Positions 1 to 10,284 of a stretch of DNA of 57,401 nt are shown in pieces. Below the pieces are notes generated by a model. It did no database searches. It was not told where the DNA came from and was given only the letters and a program-made list of their open reading frames with translations. Every line of letters begins with the position of its first letter. Positions within the stretch are counted from its first letter, which is position 1. The translations under genes and the position numbers were made by a program. This DNA comes from a virus (taxonomy: Duplodnaviria; Caudoviricetes): positions 1 to 57,401 of IMG/VR virus record IMGVR_UViG_3300035704_000010; one strand, 5' to 3'.

Positions 1-127
1 CTAGAATTGTTCATACATCACGTCGTAGTTGCCTGCCGTTATCGCCGTGCTCGCCTTGATGCAGAGCGCCTTGTTATTGTTCGACGCCGCCATGACTTGG
101 CCGACGCCGTTTCCGACGGTAAGCGTC
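1..127. repeat. 127-bp terminal direct repeat (copy 1), circular-contig overlap
   Basis: Identical to 57275-57401; 127 is a common assembler k-mer length. Confidence 0.95.
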
Positions 128-2058
128 GCGGGGAATGTCGAGCTCGCAAGGAAGTCGACCGCGAGTCCGGCACTCGTCGGCGACAGGCACGTCGTGGGTG
201 CGCCGAAGCTAAAGGCGGCGTTCCCGCTGGCTGCGCCCGCGACGACCGAAAACGAATAGGAGCAAACGTAGATTCGCTTCGCCGAGACGGCTGCGACGAC
301 AACGGTTGCGGCCGTCGAAATCGTGCCCGAAACCTCTTGTGTGCAGATGATCGGGGCGGCGGCTCCGGCGGCGTTGAAGCCCGATGCCATGAGGTTCGCA
401 GGGGCCGGCGACGCCGCAGTCGTCGGCATCGTAACGGGCATCGGCGACGCGCCCGTAAAGGCTGTTCCTCCGGTATCCGTCGGCGCCGCCTTGAGCACGT
501 TGCCAGAAAACGACTGATAGGGTATCGGAGTCATGCCTGGCGCGGGCGAAGCGATGTTCACCGATTGCGCGGAAGGAAACGTGACTTGCTCGACACCCGG
601 CGCGGACGTGCACGTCAAGATCATCGTCACCGATCCGCTTCCTGCAAAGCTATTAACATTTAGCTTCATCAAGTCGCCGACGACGTAGGTCGCGGTGACG
701 AGCTGGAACGTGGCCGTGTTCGGCGTGGTCGTCGCGGAATAGGGACCGGCGAATACAACGCCGCTGGAATCGGAGACGTTTACGTTCGCGGTCACGCCGA
801 CGGATGCGGTCATGCGCAGTCGACAACTCGCCTGGCCATCGAGTAACGTGACGGCCGCCACTCCATTTGCCGTAGCGATAACGGTCGTTTCGATCTGCGG
901 ATTTGACGTAAGTATGGATCCGTCGCTATTAGCCTGGCACAGCATGGCATTCCCGATGCTTGGCGCAGGCGTCGCGCCGCCGACTAAAGCGTCGTTCCCG
1001 TTGTATTGGCACGCCGGGAACGCACCGACGACGGGAGCCGAAACCGGTGGCGCGACTCCCGCCGAAGCCGTTGGCAATGGCAGCGGCGTCGGCGTGTTCA
1101 TCACGTTGACGCCGGGCGTGTTTTGAACCGTTACGCCGGGGGTGTTTTGGACGTTGACTCCAGGCGTGTTCTGCACGTTTACTGGTTGCGCGCTCGGGAA
1201 CGTCGCCAGCGTGTAGCCGTTGACGTCGCACCGGCGCTGGAAACCGTTTCCGCTTGAAAGCGACACGGCGCCCGTCGTGTAGAAGCACGGGTCGGTTACC
1301 GGTAGCGCGGCGGCGCCGAGGGCTGCTCCAGCCGAAGGCGTCGGATAAGGCGTCGGCGGCGCGCAGAGCGTCGCGATTGGGTTACATGGGATGATATTCA
1401 GCGCGTTGCGCGACGATCCGGCGGCGTTGCTTCCGGATCCGGATGCAGGGCACCATAGGCCCGCCGTTCCGCACTGGATTCCGAGATATGCCCAGACCGG
1501 CGAGGCGGTGCCGGCGGCAATCGGCGTCGCCGTCGGGATAACGCTCGGCAGCGTCGGGATCGGCGTCGGGAAGGTTACGCCAGGCAGCGTGACCGGTTGC
1601 GCCGACGGGAACGTAACGCTCTCGTTGCCCAGCGCGTCGCGTTTCGGCGGCGGCCCGCCAGCGGGCGAGCAGTTGACGGTGACGTTCATCCCGCCATTCG
1701 ACCAGGTCGCGATTGCGATCTCGATCGTGCCGGCCGACTTGGGATACAGCGTGTAATATCCGCCAGCCGAAGTGACCGTCGTTACTGGCAGGCCGTTGTC
1801 GTCGTAGAGCGCCATGCCCTGAAACGAAGAGTCGCCGACTGCTTCAATTCCGGCGGTGAGTGTCCCAACAAAACCGCCGGTCGGCACGAGCGATGCGCGG
1901 CAAGTCGTTTGCCCCCCGAGGTCGAGCGTTAACGTCTGCCCGAGGCCGCTGAGCGTTCCGCCGGCGAACACCGTCGGCGCGGTCTGCGGCTTCGCTGGCA
2001 ACGCAACCGCGAAGACCATGGCGCACGCGAGCAACGCCGGGAAGAGCCGTTTTAGCAT
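1..2058 (-). CDS. Large Pro/Thr/Ala-rich putative tail-fibre/surface protein with N-terminal signal peptide
   Basis: 685-aa ORF at the end of the tail module; MLKRLFPALLACAMVFAVALPA leader; TFPSAQ x3 and V(N/T)V(Q/M)NTP x4 repeats. Confidence 0.6.
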   Translation of the reverse strand: MLKRLFPALLACAMVFAVALPAKPQTAPTVFAGGTLSGLGQTLTLDLGGQTTCRASLVPTGGFVGTLTAGIEAVGDSSFQGMALYDDNGLPVTTVTSAGGYYTLYPKSAGTIEIAIATWSNGGMNVTVNCSPAGGPPPKRDALGNESVTFPSAQPVTLPGVTFPTPIPTLPSVIPTATPIAAGTASPVWAYLGIQCGTAGLWCPASGSGSNAAGSSRNALNIIPCNPIATLCAPPTPYPTPSAGAALGAAALPVTDPCFYTTGAVSLSSGNGFQRRCDVNGYTLATFPSAQPVNVQNTPGVNVQNTPGVTVQNTPGVNVMNTPTPLPLPTASAGVAPPVSAPVVGAFPACQYNGNDALVGGATPAPSIGNAMLCQANSDGSILTSNPQIETTVIATANGVAAVTLLDGQASCRLRMTASVGVTANVNVSDSSGVVFAGPYSATTTPNTATFQLVTATYVVGDLMKLNVNSFAGSGSVTMILTCTSAPGVEQVTFPSAQSVNIASPAPGMTPIPYQSFSGNVLKAAPTDTGGTAFTGASPMPVTMPTTAASPAPANLMASGFNAAGAAAPIICTQEVSGTISTAATVVVAAVSAKRIYVCSYSFSVVAGAASGNAAFSFGAPTTCLSPTSAGLAVDFLASSTFPATLTVGNGVGQVMAASNNNKALCIKASTAITAGNYDVMYEQF
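1091..1182 (-). repeat. 24-bp-period coding tandem repeat (VNVQNTPG x4)
   Basis: Visible in the translation; synonymous positions diverged. Confidence 0.85.
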
Positions 2059-2095
2059 GTAGGACTAGACCTCCGGTTTTGGAAAAGAACAAAAC

Positions 2096-2638
2096 GTGAC
2101 CAGGAAAGACGACCCCAAAGCCGTCGCCGCTCGCGAACGTGCGGCGCGCTATTACCGACTCAACAGAGAAGCGGTTTTGGCTAAGCGTGCCAAATGGCGC
2201 GAAGGCCACCGAGAATCAGCGCGCTCACTCGCATCGCGGCATTACCGACTCAACCGAGACGCAGCCCTAGAGCGGCATGCCAAATGGCGTGAAACCAACC
2301 GAGAAGCGATTTCGGAATACCGGAAAAAATACTACTACGCGAATAAAGACGCCGAAGTCAAGCGGCATGCAAAATGGCGAATGGCTAACCCTGAAAAGGT
2401 CGCTCGACTAAATCGGGTTCGTCTCGATCGCAAGGCGAATGCTCCCGGTTCACATACCACCCAGGAATGGAGCGCCATAGTAAAGCGGCAGGGTGGGCGT
2501 TGCGCGACCTGCCATCTAAAAGTGAAGTTAGAGCGCGACCACATCGTTCCGCTAAGCCGTGGAGGAACCGACTTTGCGTCGAACCTACAAGGCTTATGCA
2601 AACCCTGTAACGCGTCGAAGAAGGCGAAAACCGCCTAA
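2096..2638 (+). CDS. HNH endonuclease with three ~30-aa N-terminal helical repeats
   Basis: CATC...DHIVPLSRGGTDFASNLQGLCKPCNASK; antisense to the late operon. Confidence 0.9.
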   Translation: MTRKDDPKAVAARERAARYYRLNREAVLAKRAKWREGHRESARSLASRHYRLNRDAALERHAKWRETNREAISEYRKKYYYANKDAEVKRHAKWRMANPEKVARLNRVRLDRKANAPGSHTTQEWSAIVKRQGGRCATCHLKVKLERDHIVPLSRGGTDFASNLQGLCKPCNASKKAKTA

Positions 2639-2883
2639 ACTTCCGTGACTTGAGCGCGGCCAGTTGCAGCGTCCCAGATGCAGTAAAGAATTCCGGTGTA
2701 CTTGATGGGTAGCACCCAGCGTTTTTGCGGGCCGATCACGATCGGCGCGTTCGCCTTCGCGAATCCGGTGATCGTGCTGACGTAAACCGTGGCGGGGCTT
2801 TGGTTGAAGACCGTCAGCCCTTTGCGCGCGGAGTTTACGTTCACGAGCACCTGCTGAGTCATGAGCGCCGAGATTGCGGTCAT
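2635..2883 (-). CDS. Small beta-rich virion protein, paralogous to the C-terminal domain of the upstream tail protein
   Basis: ATG at 2883 overlaps the upstream stop (ATGA); RKGLTVFNQS...GPQKRWVLPIKYTGILYCIW aligns with RIGVIITNRA...GPGQTWTMPVSYTGAIWLCW. Confidence 0.7.
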   Translation of the reverse strand: MTAISALMTQQVLVNVNSARKGLTVFNQSPATVYVSTITGFAKANAPIVIGPQKRWVLPIKYTGILYCIWDAATGRAQVTEV

Positions 2884-5800
2884 GACGGGAACGCCGCGAT
2901 ATTCGCCTGCGCGCCGGCGTTGGAATCGGCGGCAGCCCAGCACAGCCAGATCGCGCCCGTATAACTGACCGGCATTGTCCACGTCTGCCCGGGGCCGACT
3001 TCGTCCCAAAACAGCGTCGGGGTAAGCGTTCCGTCCGTGCCGATGAACATCGGAGAATTCGCCCGGTTCGTAATGATGACGCCGATACGCCCGGCGCTTG
3101 CTGCGAGAACCTGCGTCGCGGCAGTTACCACGGCTTGCGTCGACTCGGTTGCCGAGTTCACCGATCCGCTGCTCATCGCTGGCAGCGAGAAGTTAGTGAC
3201 GAGCGCCGTCACCGCGGTCTCGCCGTTCGTCCCCGAGTACGACGCCCCGATATCGACGGCGACGCCCAGCGGAATGTTCGAAAATGGGGCAGTGTCGTTA
3301 AGGGTTATGTCCGACGGCAGCGGCAGCCCGGGGATCTTGCGCGTGAACTTGTGCGACCAGTTCGTCGTTCCGTTGGTGCGCATATAGTATTTGATCTCGT
3401 GCGTCGCGCCGTCTTGCGGGATATTCGAGAACGCCACGAGCAGCGCGAGGTCGCACGCAATGCCGCTGGTTAGCGCCGCCGCCGATGGCGTCGCCGACGA
3501 AACCGTTGGCGCCGGCGGCAGAGTGATCGACGGCAGATTCCCGAGGTTTACTCCGCTCGTTGCGAACAGCGGCCAAATGCCTTGGATGACGCCGCCACGG
3601 CACTCGACGCGCCAGAGCGGAACGCCCAGAAACGAATCGATCTCGGTCGGGCCAGCATCATCGGTGACCGTGAAGATCGCCTCGGCATAGACCGATCGGC
3701 CGTTGATGACCGTCGACGGTAGCAGCCCGATCACCGGGGAAGCTGGGTTCGAGAGATCCGCGCCCCACATGGACTCGCCCTCGGGAGCGACGCCCGAGAA
3801 AGCCGGCACCTGGTACGGCACGCCGCCATGCTTGACGGTCGCCGCGGCGATCGTGAACGTATTGTCGGCGTTCGGAAGAATCGATCCGCCGCCCATGTGC
3901 CCGCTCTCATTGTGGGGACGCTTGCGCGGATTCTTGTGCTGCAGCCGGACCGAGTGCTGCCCGTTGATTTCCTTGATCGTCGCGCCGGCGGTGCTTTTGA
4001 GCACGCCGGATTGAATCGACGCGGTGACGTTCTGCTGAGCCGCGAGCCACTGATACTGTATTTGCGAGACGTTTCGGAACAGCGGAATGCCATTGCTGAA
4101 TCCGGGGATCTCCAGCAGGTCGCGACCCGTTATCCGACATGACGCGACGTCAAGATCGATGGCGTCGTTCGCGAGCGGCCACGCCGAGATTCTGATTTGC
4201 TGGTTGCCCCAGGTTTTGAGGCCCGTCTTCGTCGCAATGTCCGGGCTCGAGAGCGTGCCTTCGAACCAGCCGAGATCGTCGATCGAGTCGGTCTGCAGAA
4301 TGATGATGCGCGGGCCGGCGCCGCCGCTCGTGTCGAGCTCGATCGTCTCGCCTATCTTGTGGTCTTTCGTGCTCGGGCTCGTCGTCGTGATCGTATTGCC
4401 GCTGATCGCACCGATCGTCAACGTTTCAGCGCGGACCGGGCCTCCGAGTTGGCCGGAGTTCGGCGATAGGATGACGTCGTCGCCGACCTGGAACGGCATC
4501 GCCGCGAGCGGGAAGACCGTATTGCCTGCGAGGACGGTGGTCGCAAAGGTCGTTTGCTCGGTGCCGTTCTGCTGGATCGTCGTCCCGGTCACGACCGCGG
4601 CGTTGATCAGCTGCGAGCCGTCCATGTCGGTCGTCTGAATTTTATTGATCGTGTCGCCGAAGCCCGAGCCGTTGTCCGAGAGCGACATCGTGAAGGTCGG
4701 CGTCACGTCGTACATTGCGACGACGACGTCGCCTTTTAGATGCGCGAACGTCGACACGGGGGACGTTTCGAACGAGTTAAACGCCGGGTGCACGGCCGTA
4801 ATGAGTAGCGAGTCGGTGCCGGCAGCGCCGGCGATGAATACGCGGCGGCCGACCTTGATCTGCGCCATCGAGGCGACCTTGAAGGGGTTGCCGGCGGTCC
4901 CGAACCCGGCCGCAGCATCCTGCGTGAGCTTCGTCTCGCCGACGTGCGGCGGCGTGCTATTGATGACGCCGTGGTGGACCTGGCGCAGCGCGTCGACCCA
5001 GGCGGCGTAGGTGATCGGGTCGTTCTGCGAGCCGGTTTCCTGGCGCACGACGGTCGCGATGATCGTCGACAGGGCCGTATCGGTGGCTTGGATATTGACC
5101 GGGAACGAACTGTCGACCAGCAGCGCCTTGTCGGCGACGATCGCCGAGAGGTTCGGCGCCGTCGAAACGCCCTTCGGCACGACGATGTCGCCCTTATGAT
5201 GGACCTTCGCCGAGGCGTGGTTCACCGTGAACGTGCCGGCGCCGCCGTTGATCACGGTGATCGTGAAGAATTCGGCCTCGCCGGATCCGTACGTCCCGAT
5301 TCGGACCTGCTCGCCGACGGCCAACGCGATCGTGTCGCTGCATCCGAAGACGGTCGTACCTATCGGCCAATCGCCGCCGCCGCCCGAGCCTGTCGTGAGC
5401 GACGGTTCGCCGGCAATCGAGAGGAGCGCGCTCTGCAGCCAGTGCGCGCCATCTTTGCCTTGGACGTTCGAGTTCCCGAAGATGCCGGCGTAACGGTTGA
5501 AAAAGCCGTTGCTGTTGATGGAGAACTGATTGTCGAACGCCGTCGAGCGCAGCCGCTGCGTAATGTAGCCCTGCCACTGCAGGCGCACGATCGTCGCGCC
5601 GGCGGCGTAGCTATTGAGCAGCACCGCGGGCAGGTCGAGCACTTCGCCGCCCGGCGAATTGAGCGTCATCGTCCACGTCGGCCCGATTCCCGAGATCGCA
5701 CCGACCTGGAAAAACTCGGTATTCTTCCCGTCGGTGATCAGGATCACGTCGCCGGCGATGACATCGCGGAACGAGAACGGTCCTTGATTCAGCAGGTTCG

Positions 5801-6071
5801 AGACGGTGAGCGACGATGCGCCGGCGCTCGCGGGCGAACTGAGCTCGCATCCGAGCGTGCCCCAGATGACGTAATTCCCGAAGACGAGGTCGAGGATATC
5901 CTCGTACGGTTGCCGGCAATCGAACTGCGCGGTCGCCAGACCGCCCTGCGTCATGTCGGTCCACTGCGCTTGATAGACGATGTTCGAGAGGTCTAACAAG
6001 AAATTCGGGGTCCCAGCATCGCTGGTGACCCCGGGAGGACTGAAGACCTGGAGAACGCTGTATGCGCCCAA
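2880..6071 (-). CDS. Tail tip/hub (central fibre-like) protein
   Basis: 1063 aa downstream of the tape measure; beta-rich, with four copies of an inserted small beta module. Confidence 0.7.
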   Translation of the reverse strand: MGAYSVLQVFSPPGVTSDAGTPNFLLDLSNIVYQAQWTDMTQGGLATAQFDCRQPYEDILDLVFGNYVIWGTLGCELSSPASAGASSLTVSNLLNQGPFSFRDVIAGDVILITDGKNTEFFQVGAISGIGPTWTMTLNSPGGEVLDLPAVLLNSYAAGATIVRLQWQGYITQRLRSTAFDNQFSINSNGFFNRYAGIFGNSNVQGKDGAHWLQSALLSIAGEPSLTTGSGGGGDWPIGTTVFGCSDTIALAVGEQVRIGTYGSGEAEFFTITVINGGAGTFTVNHASAKVHHKGDIVVPKGVSTAPNLSAIVADKALLVDSSFPVNIQATDTALSTIIATVVRQETGSQNDPITYAAWVDALRQVHHGVINSTPPHVGETKLTQDAAAGFGTAGNPFKVASMAQIKVGRRVFIAGAAGTDSLLITAVHPAFNSFETSPVSTFAHLKGDVVVAMYDVTPTFTMSLSDNGSGFGDTINKIQTTDMDGSQLINAAVVTGTTIQQNGTEQTTFATTVLAGNTVFPLAAMPFQVGDDVILSPNSGQLGGPVRAETLTIGAISGNTITTTSPSTKDHKIGETIELDTSGGAGPRIIILQTDSIDDLGWFEGTLSSPDIATKTGLKTWGNQQIRISAWPLANDAIDLDVASCRITGRDLLEIPGFSNGIPLFRNVSQIQYQWLAAQQNVTASIQSGVLKSTAGATIKEINGQHSVRLQHKNPRKRPHNESGHMGGGSILPNADNTFTIAAATVKHGGVPYQVPAFSGVAPEGESMWGADLSNPASPVIGLLPSTVINGRSVYAEAIFTVTDDAGPTEIDSFLGVPLWRVECRGGVIQGIWPLFATSGVNLGNLPSITLPPAPTVSSATPSAAALTSGIACDLALLVAFSNIPQDGATHEIKYYMRTNGTTNWSHKFTRKIPGLPLPSDITLNDTAPFSNIPLGVAVDIGASYSGTNGETAVTALVTNFSLPAMSSGSVNSATESTQAVVTAATQVLAASAGRIGVIITNRANSPMFIGTDGTLTPTLFWDEVGPGQTWTMPVSYTGAIWLCWAAADSNAGAQANIAAFPS

Positions 6072-6293
6072 CTAGAGGTATTCCAGCGCTCTGCGCACGG
6101 CGTTGGCGAACAGATCGATGCGGCAATACCCCGGGAGCTTCCCGAGGCCATAGCCGGTGTAGCGCACAAAGCGCACGCCGTTGACGGTGCGCTCGAACGT
6201 CACGCGCGCGGTCGTAACGATTCCCGGCGCGAGTTCGAACGGATAGGTACGATCGACGATGACGTCGTCCTCTGAAAACTCGGGCGACATCAT
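6072..6293 (-). CDS. Hypothetical protein
   Basis: 73 aa; ATGA-coupled to the tape measure and abutting the next gene. Confidence 0.55.
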   Translation of the reverse strand: MMSPEFSEDDVIVDRTYPFELAPGIVTTARVTFERTVNGVRFVRYTGYGLGKLPGYCRIDLFANAVRRALEYL

Positions 6294-9200
6294 CGAACGT
6301 TTAGATCCTCGAGCAGCGACGGCAGCGCCGTTCCGAATGCGTCGCGCAGACCGCGCTCGAGCGTCGCGGTATCGGCCAGCGTCGAGCTGTTGCGCACGTT
6401 GATATTGATCGCGACGCTTTGCGACAGGCGCTGCGCGAGGCTTCCGGCGAGACGACCTGGGCCACCCGAAGCGATCGCGTTGGAGTTGCCGCCGCCACCT
6501 GGCGCCTGAAGCGCGAATGGGCTACTGAAGCCGCCGCCGCCAGGGCTCGGGGTCGAGCTGCCGCCGCTGTGCATCCCTCCGCTCAGCGACGACAGATAAA
6601 TGTCGGTCGGCGTGAACGTTTGCATGAGCTGCGAAATCTCTTGACCGTGCGCCTGCACGACGCCCCAGAAGTCGCTCCACAACGCGCGCTTACCGCTGCC
6701 GATGTCGAGGTAACCATCTTTGCCGTCGGGGTTGAAGAACTGCTTGTCGGTCGCGCCGCCCCAGAGCTGCTCGATCTGCGGAAAGACGCCCTGAAGATCC
6801 GACGGAAGCGCGGCTTGGCTGCCGCGGAACTTCGAAACGAACTGCTCCATCAACAGATTCCAGCCTTTGCCGCTGGTCGCCGCTGACGTCTGACTGTCCA
6901 TGACGTACTGTTTGCCGCTGGCGTTCATCGGGTTCGCCGACGTCATGCCTTGCATGTCGGCGTTCGCGATGCCCCACGCGTCTTGCGTCGAGCCTTGGTC
7001 GGGTTCGTTGGCCGGATTGAAGTGATCGCCGAACATCGAGCCCGCGAATGCGCCGAGCAGTATCGATCCGGCGAGCACGCCCCAGCCGAGCGGTCCGGAC
7101 GCAAGCAGCGCCGGTAGCGCGCCGGCCAGACTCGTTCCGCCGAAGAGCGCTTCGAGCCCGAGAATTCCCGCACCGCCGAGCGCGCCGCCCAGAGCGCTGT
7201 ATCCCTTGCCGCCGAAGGCGAGACCGCCGACCATCGCGCCGCCGCCGGCGACGCCCAGGATGCTACCCAGACCGCTGCGCGCGAGCACCGCTGCGAGTCC
7301 CGTCATCGCTGGCGAACCACCGCCTCCCGGCCCGAAATGATAGCCCGAAGAGCCGTAGCCGCCGCCGCTCGCGCCGCCAGACGATGACGGTGCGCCGCCG
7401 CCGCCCGGCCCGAGGCCACCGCCCGACATGCTGAAGTCGGGCGACATGCTGCCGCCGCCACCGCCGTAGCCGCCGCCGTAACCACCGCCGGCGCCGCCGC
7501 CGAATGCGTACGATCCGCTTCCGACACTGCCGCCGCCGCCGGACGGCGACATCGCGCGCGAGATCGCGGCGCCCAGCGTCGACGATGCCCCGGCAGACAC
7601 CGCCGACGAACCAAGTGAACCTGGGCCGCCGGCGCCGAGCTGCACGTCCGTGCTCGCCGTTGCCGGGTCTACGACGCCACCCCCGAACAGCGCTTGAATC
7701 CACGGGATCGCCATGATCGCATTAGCGACCATTTTTGCAAGCATGCTTTCGAACGACTGAAGAATGTTTCCGTAGATGCTCTTTAGAGCATCCGCCATCG
7801 ACCTATTTTGGCCGATAAACCCGTCGACAAACTGAGCCGTATCTTGCCCTACTTCATTGGCGAAAGTCAGCTCCGATTGATAACGGTCCTTCGCTTCGCC
7901 CTCGTACGCTTGCGTTTGTTTTCGGTATAAGGCCTCCAGCTTTGCTTCGCCGCCATTTTGCAGGTCGGTAATAGCATCTATGGAGATCTGGAAGTATGCG
8001 ACCTTCTGTTCATTCGTTAGTTTGAAGGTTTGGAGATCCTCGTCCGTGTCCGCATTCGTTGTGCGGTAAAACTCATTCCACTTTTTCTGTAAAGCAGCGA
8101 TCGCCTCGGCTGGAGCGTTGCTTAAATCGTTATACGCGTTTGTCGTGCTAACGAGAGCCTGTTTGTGGTTACCTAGCGCGGCATTGAGCGAGTCAACAGC
8201 CCTTTTTGCGTCATCCATCGCGCTCTTGGCGTTGGCGACGGCGGCAGTCATGCTCTCGTTTTCCGTCTTGTCTCCAAGCTCTAGGGCCTTTTTGCCTTGG
8301 AGCGACTGCTGGTATCCATCGAGCGACGTCTTCGCCTTATTGTAGGCAATCGTACTCCGTTCGAGCGCCGTCTGGTCCTGGTCTCGTAGCGACGTCTCTT
8401 TGCCGATTGCTTCCGTGAGTATCCCCATCTGCTGATGCAAATCGGCGAGCTTTTGTTTGTTTAGGTCGAGGGCAGCAGCGTTCTCCTCGGCAGCGGTTGT
8501 CGAGAGCTTAATCTTGGTCGTTAGCGCATCTTCGATGACGCTCGCGCTTTGCTTGGCCTGAGCCAAAGCGTTGGTTACGCTTGTCTCTTCCTTTTGCGCG
8601 GCGGTCTGAAGTTCGGTCTGCTGGACTTCCATCGAGCTGGCGGGCGCAACGAATCCGGTCCCACTCCCGGGGCCCTTCATCCCGAGGTGTGGATCTTTTT
8701 GGAGAGTCCCAATATCGCCGAGGTGGTCTTTGATGTTTTTTAGGACAATATCGTATCCGCGAGCAGCCGCATCGGGTCCCAGAAACGCCTGACGAAGCGT
8801 CGTTCCAACGTCCTGACCCGTGACAGTCAGCTCCCGCATCCCGGAGGTACCGTCTTTTATCGTCTTCTCGAAATTTCTTACGGCTCCTGAGAAGTTACCG
8901 CTAAACAGATCCTCGGATCCGGCGGCGAAATCTTTTAAGTATTTGCCTGCGTCAGCTATTACGATCCCGATATCGTGAAAGACATGGTACATATCTTCCC
9001 CAAGCGTATCGGCATTTGCGATTGCGCCGATCATGGAGTAGCTGACTTGCGTTAGGATCGGGAGAAACGTGTCGCCGATCGCGCGGGACGTGTTGTCCCA
9101 AGCGACCTTTTCTCGGGCTTTTGCCTGCTCGAGAGAGCTGGTGTCGTCGAGTTGATCGGCGTTGTCTTTGTGGAGAACTTTCAGAACTTGGCTAAGCGTA

Positions 9201-10006
9201 CCGTGGCTCTGGATGATCGCCTTGATCTGCGGGTCGAGCTTCGCGAGCCCGATGCCGCGGCCGGCTTCGGCGTCGATCAGCAGATCCACGACCGTCAAAA
9301 CGTCCGTGTGCTTTGCCACTGCCGTCTCTTCGGCGACACTGAGGATTGTCTCCGAATCGGATACGCTGATATTGCTGGTCACCAGCCGATTGAGCGCCTG
9401 CGCCAGTTCGCCTTGCGTGAATCCGCTGGCTAAAGACTCTACGTCGAGAAACTTTTTGATTGAAGCTCCGGCCTTGTCCCACGAAGCTCCCTGAGTGTTG
9501 ACCGACGACTCCAGCGTCGACATAGACGCCTGGAGCGCTTCCGCAGACTCTATACCACTCTTGAGTAGATTAAACGTCCCGAAGACGGCAATCATGCCCG
9601 CGCTGATTGCGAGGAAGGCGGGAGCAGCGGCCTTTAGCTCTTCGATCGCGCCCGCAAGGCCCTGAACGCGAGCCGCAGCTGCGCCGGCGTCGACGCCGAG
9701 TGCAGAGAAGCCGCGAGCCAGCGTGCCCGCGGATCCGGCGACCTGCTCTTCGACGTCCTTGGTCTCTTTGAGCGCCGCCGTGTGAGCAACGACTCCACCT
9801 GTAGCCCCAACGGCGGCCGCACCCGTCTTCGTGAGCGCGCCCTCGACGCCACTGAGCGACGAGTTGAGAATTGCGTTTTGCGCGATGAGCTGCTGGACGG
9901 AGGCGTCGAGCTTGGCAAAGGCGTCGTCGCTAACTTTTAGCGCCGATACGGCACTGTCTGCGTTACCAGTTATATCGACGTTGAGTGACATATCCTGATC
10001 GGACAC
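6290..10006 (-). CDS. Tail tape measure protein
   Basis: 1238 aa, Ala-rich helical/coiled-coil with a Gly-rich hydrophobic C-terminal part; follows the TAC. Confidence 0.9.
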   Translation of the reverse strand: MSDQDMSLNVDITGNADSAVSALKVSDDAFAKLDASVQQLIAQNAILNSSLSGVEGALTKTGAAAVGATGGVVAHTAALKETKDVEEQVAGSAGTLARGFSALGVDAGAAAARVQGLAGAIEELKAAAPAFLAISAGMIAVFGTFNLLKSGIESAEALQASMSTLESSVNTQGASWDKAGASIKKFLDVESLASGFTQGELAQALNRLVTSNISVSDSETILSVAEETAVAKHTDVLTVVDLLIDAEAGRGIGLAKLDPQIKAIIQSHGTLSQVLKVLHKDNADQLDDTSSLEQAKAREKVAWDNTSRAIGDTFLPILTQVSYSMIGAIANADTLGEDMYHVFHDIGIVIADAGKYLKDFAAGSEDLFSGNFSGAVRNFEKTIKDGTSGMRELTVTGQDVGTTLRQAFLGPDAAARGYDIVLKNIKDHLGDIGTLQKDPHLGMKGPGSGTGFVAPASSMEVQQTELQTAAQKEETSVTNALAQAKQSASVIEDALTTKIKLSTTAAEENAAALDLNKQKLADLHQQMGILTEAIGKETSLRDQDQTALERSTIAYNKAKTSLDGYQQSLQGKKALELGDKTENESMTAAVANAKSAMDDAKRAVDSLNAALGNHKQALVSTTNAYNDLSNAPAEAIAALQKKWNEFYRTTNADTDEDLQTFKLTNEQKVAYFQISIDAITDLQNGGEAKLEALYRKQTQAYEGEAKDRYQSELTFANEVGQDTAQFVDGFIGQNRSMADALKSIYGNILQSFESMLAKMVANAIMAIPWIQALFGGGVVDPATASTDVQLGAGGPGSLGSSAVSAGASSTLGAAISRAMSPSGGGGSVGSGSYAFGGGAGGGYGGGYGGGGGSMSPDFSMSGGGLGPGGGGAPSSSGGASGGGYGSSGYHFGPGGGGSPAMTGLAAVLARSGLGSILGVAGGGAMVGGLAFGGKGYSALGGALGGAGILGLEALFGGTSLAGALPALLASGPLGWGVLAGSILLGAFAGSMFGDHFNPANEPDQGSTQDAWGIANADMQGMTSANPMNASGKQYVMDSQTSAATSGKGWNLLMEQFVSKFRGSQAALPSDLQGVFPQIEQLWGGATDKQFFNPDGKDGYLDIGSGKRALWSDFWGVVQAHGQEISQLMQTFTPTDIYLSSLSGGMHSGGSSTPSPGGGGFSSPFALQAPGGGGNSNAIASGGPGRLAGSLAQRLSQSVAININVRNSSTLADTATLERGLRDAFGTALPSLLEDLNVR

Positions 10007-10071
10007 GGTTCGACTACCTCCTTCCTGAAATAATGGAAGCGCCGTGCCTAGATTGGCGCGGCGCTAGGGGA

Positions 10072-10284
10072 CTATCCAGCGATGACTTTGGCGATCTTGT
10101 ACGCGATGAGATTCGCCTGGTAATCAATCATGCGTTTATCCTCGCGGTCCAAAAAGTATTTTTCGAGCGACACCTGATCGAAAGTAAATGTCGACTCGAC
10201 CTGACTTCGCGTTAGCCCGTTCCGCCTTGCGATCGACGAGACTACCTCGTTAATACTCAGCAGATACGGGTCGGCTAGTTTTTT
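10072..10284 (-). CDS. Tail assembly chaperone -1 frameshift extension (gpT-like)
   Basis: Slippery A AAA AAC (10278-10284) just before the TAC stop; the -1 frame is open for ~68 codons (LADPYLLSINEVVSS...KIAKVIAG*). Confidence 0.8.
   Translation of the reverse strand, partial: KKLADPYLLSINEVVSSIARRNGLTRSQVESTFTFDQVSLEKYFLDREDKRMIDYQANLIAYKIAKVIAG

Noticed and set aside
1-127. Biological terminal repeat of the virion DNA
   Set aside because: The length equals a standard assembly k-mer and it falls within a gene end; it indicates circularity only.
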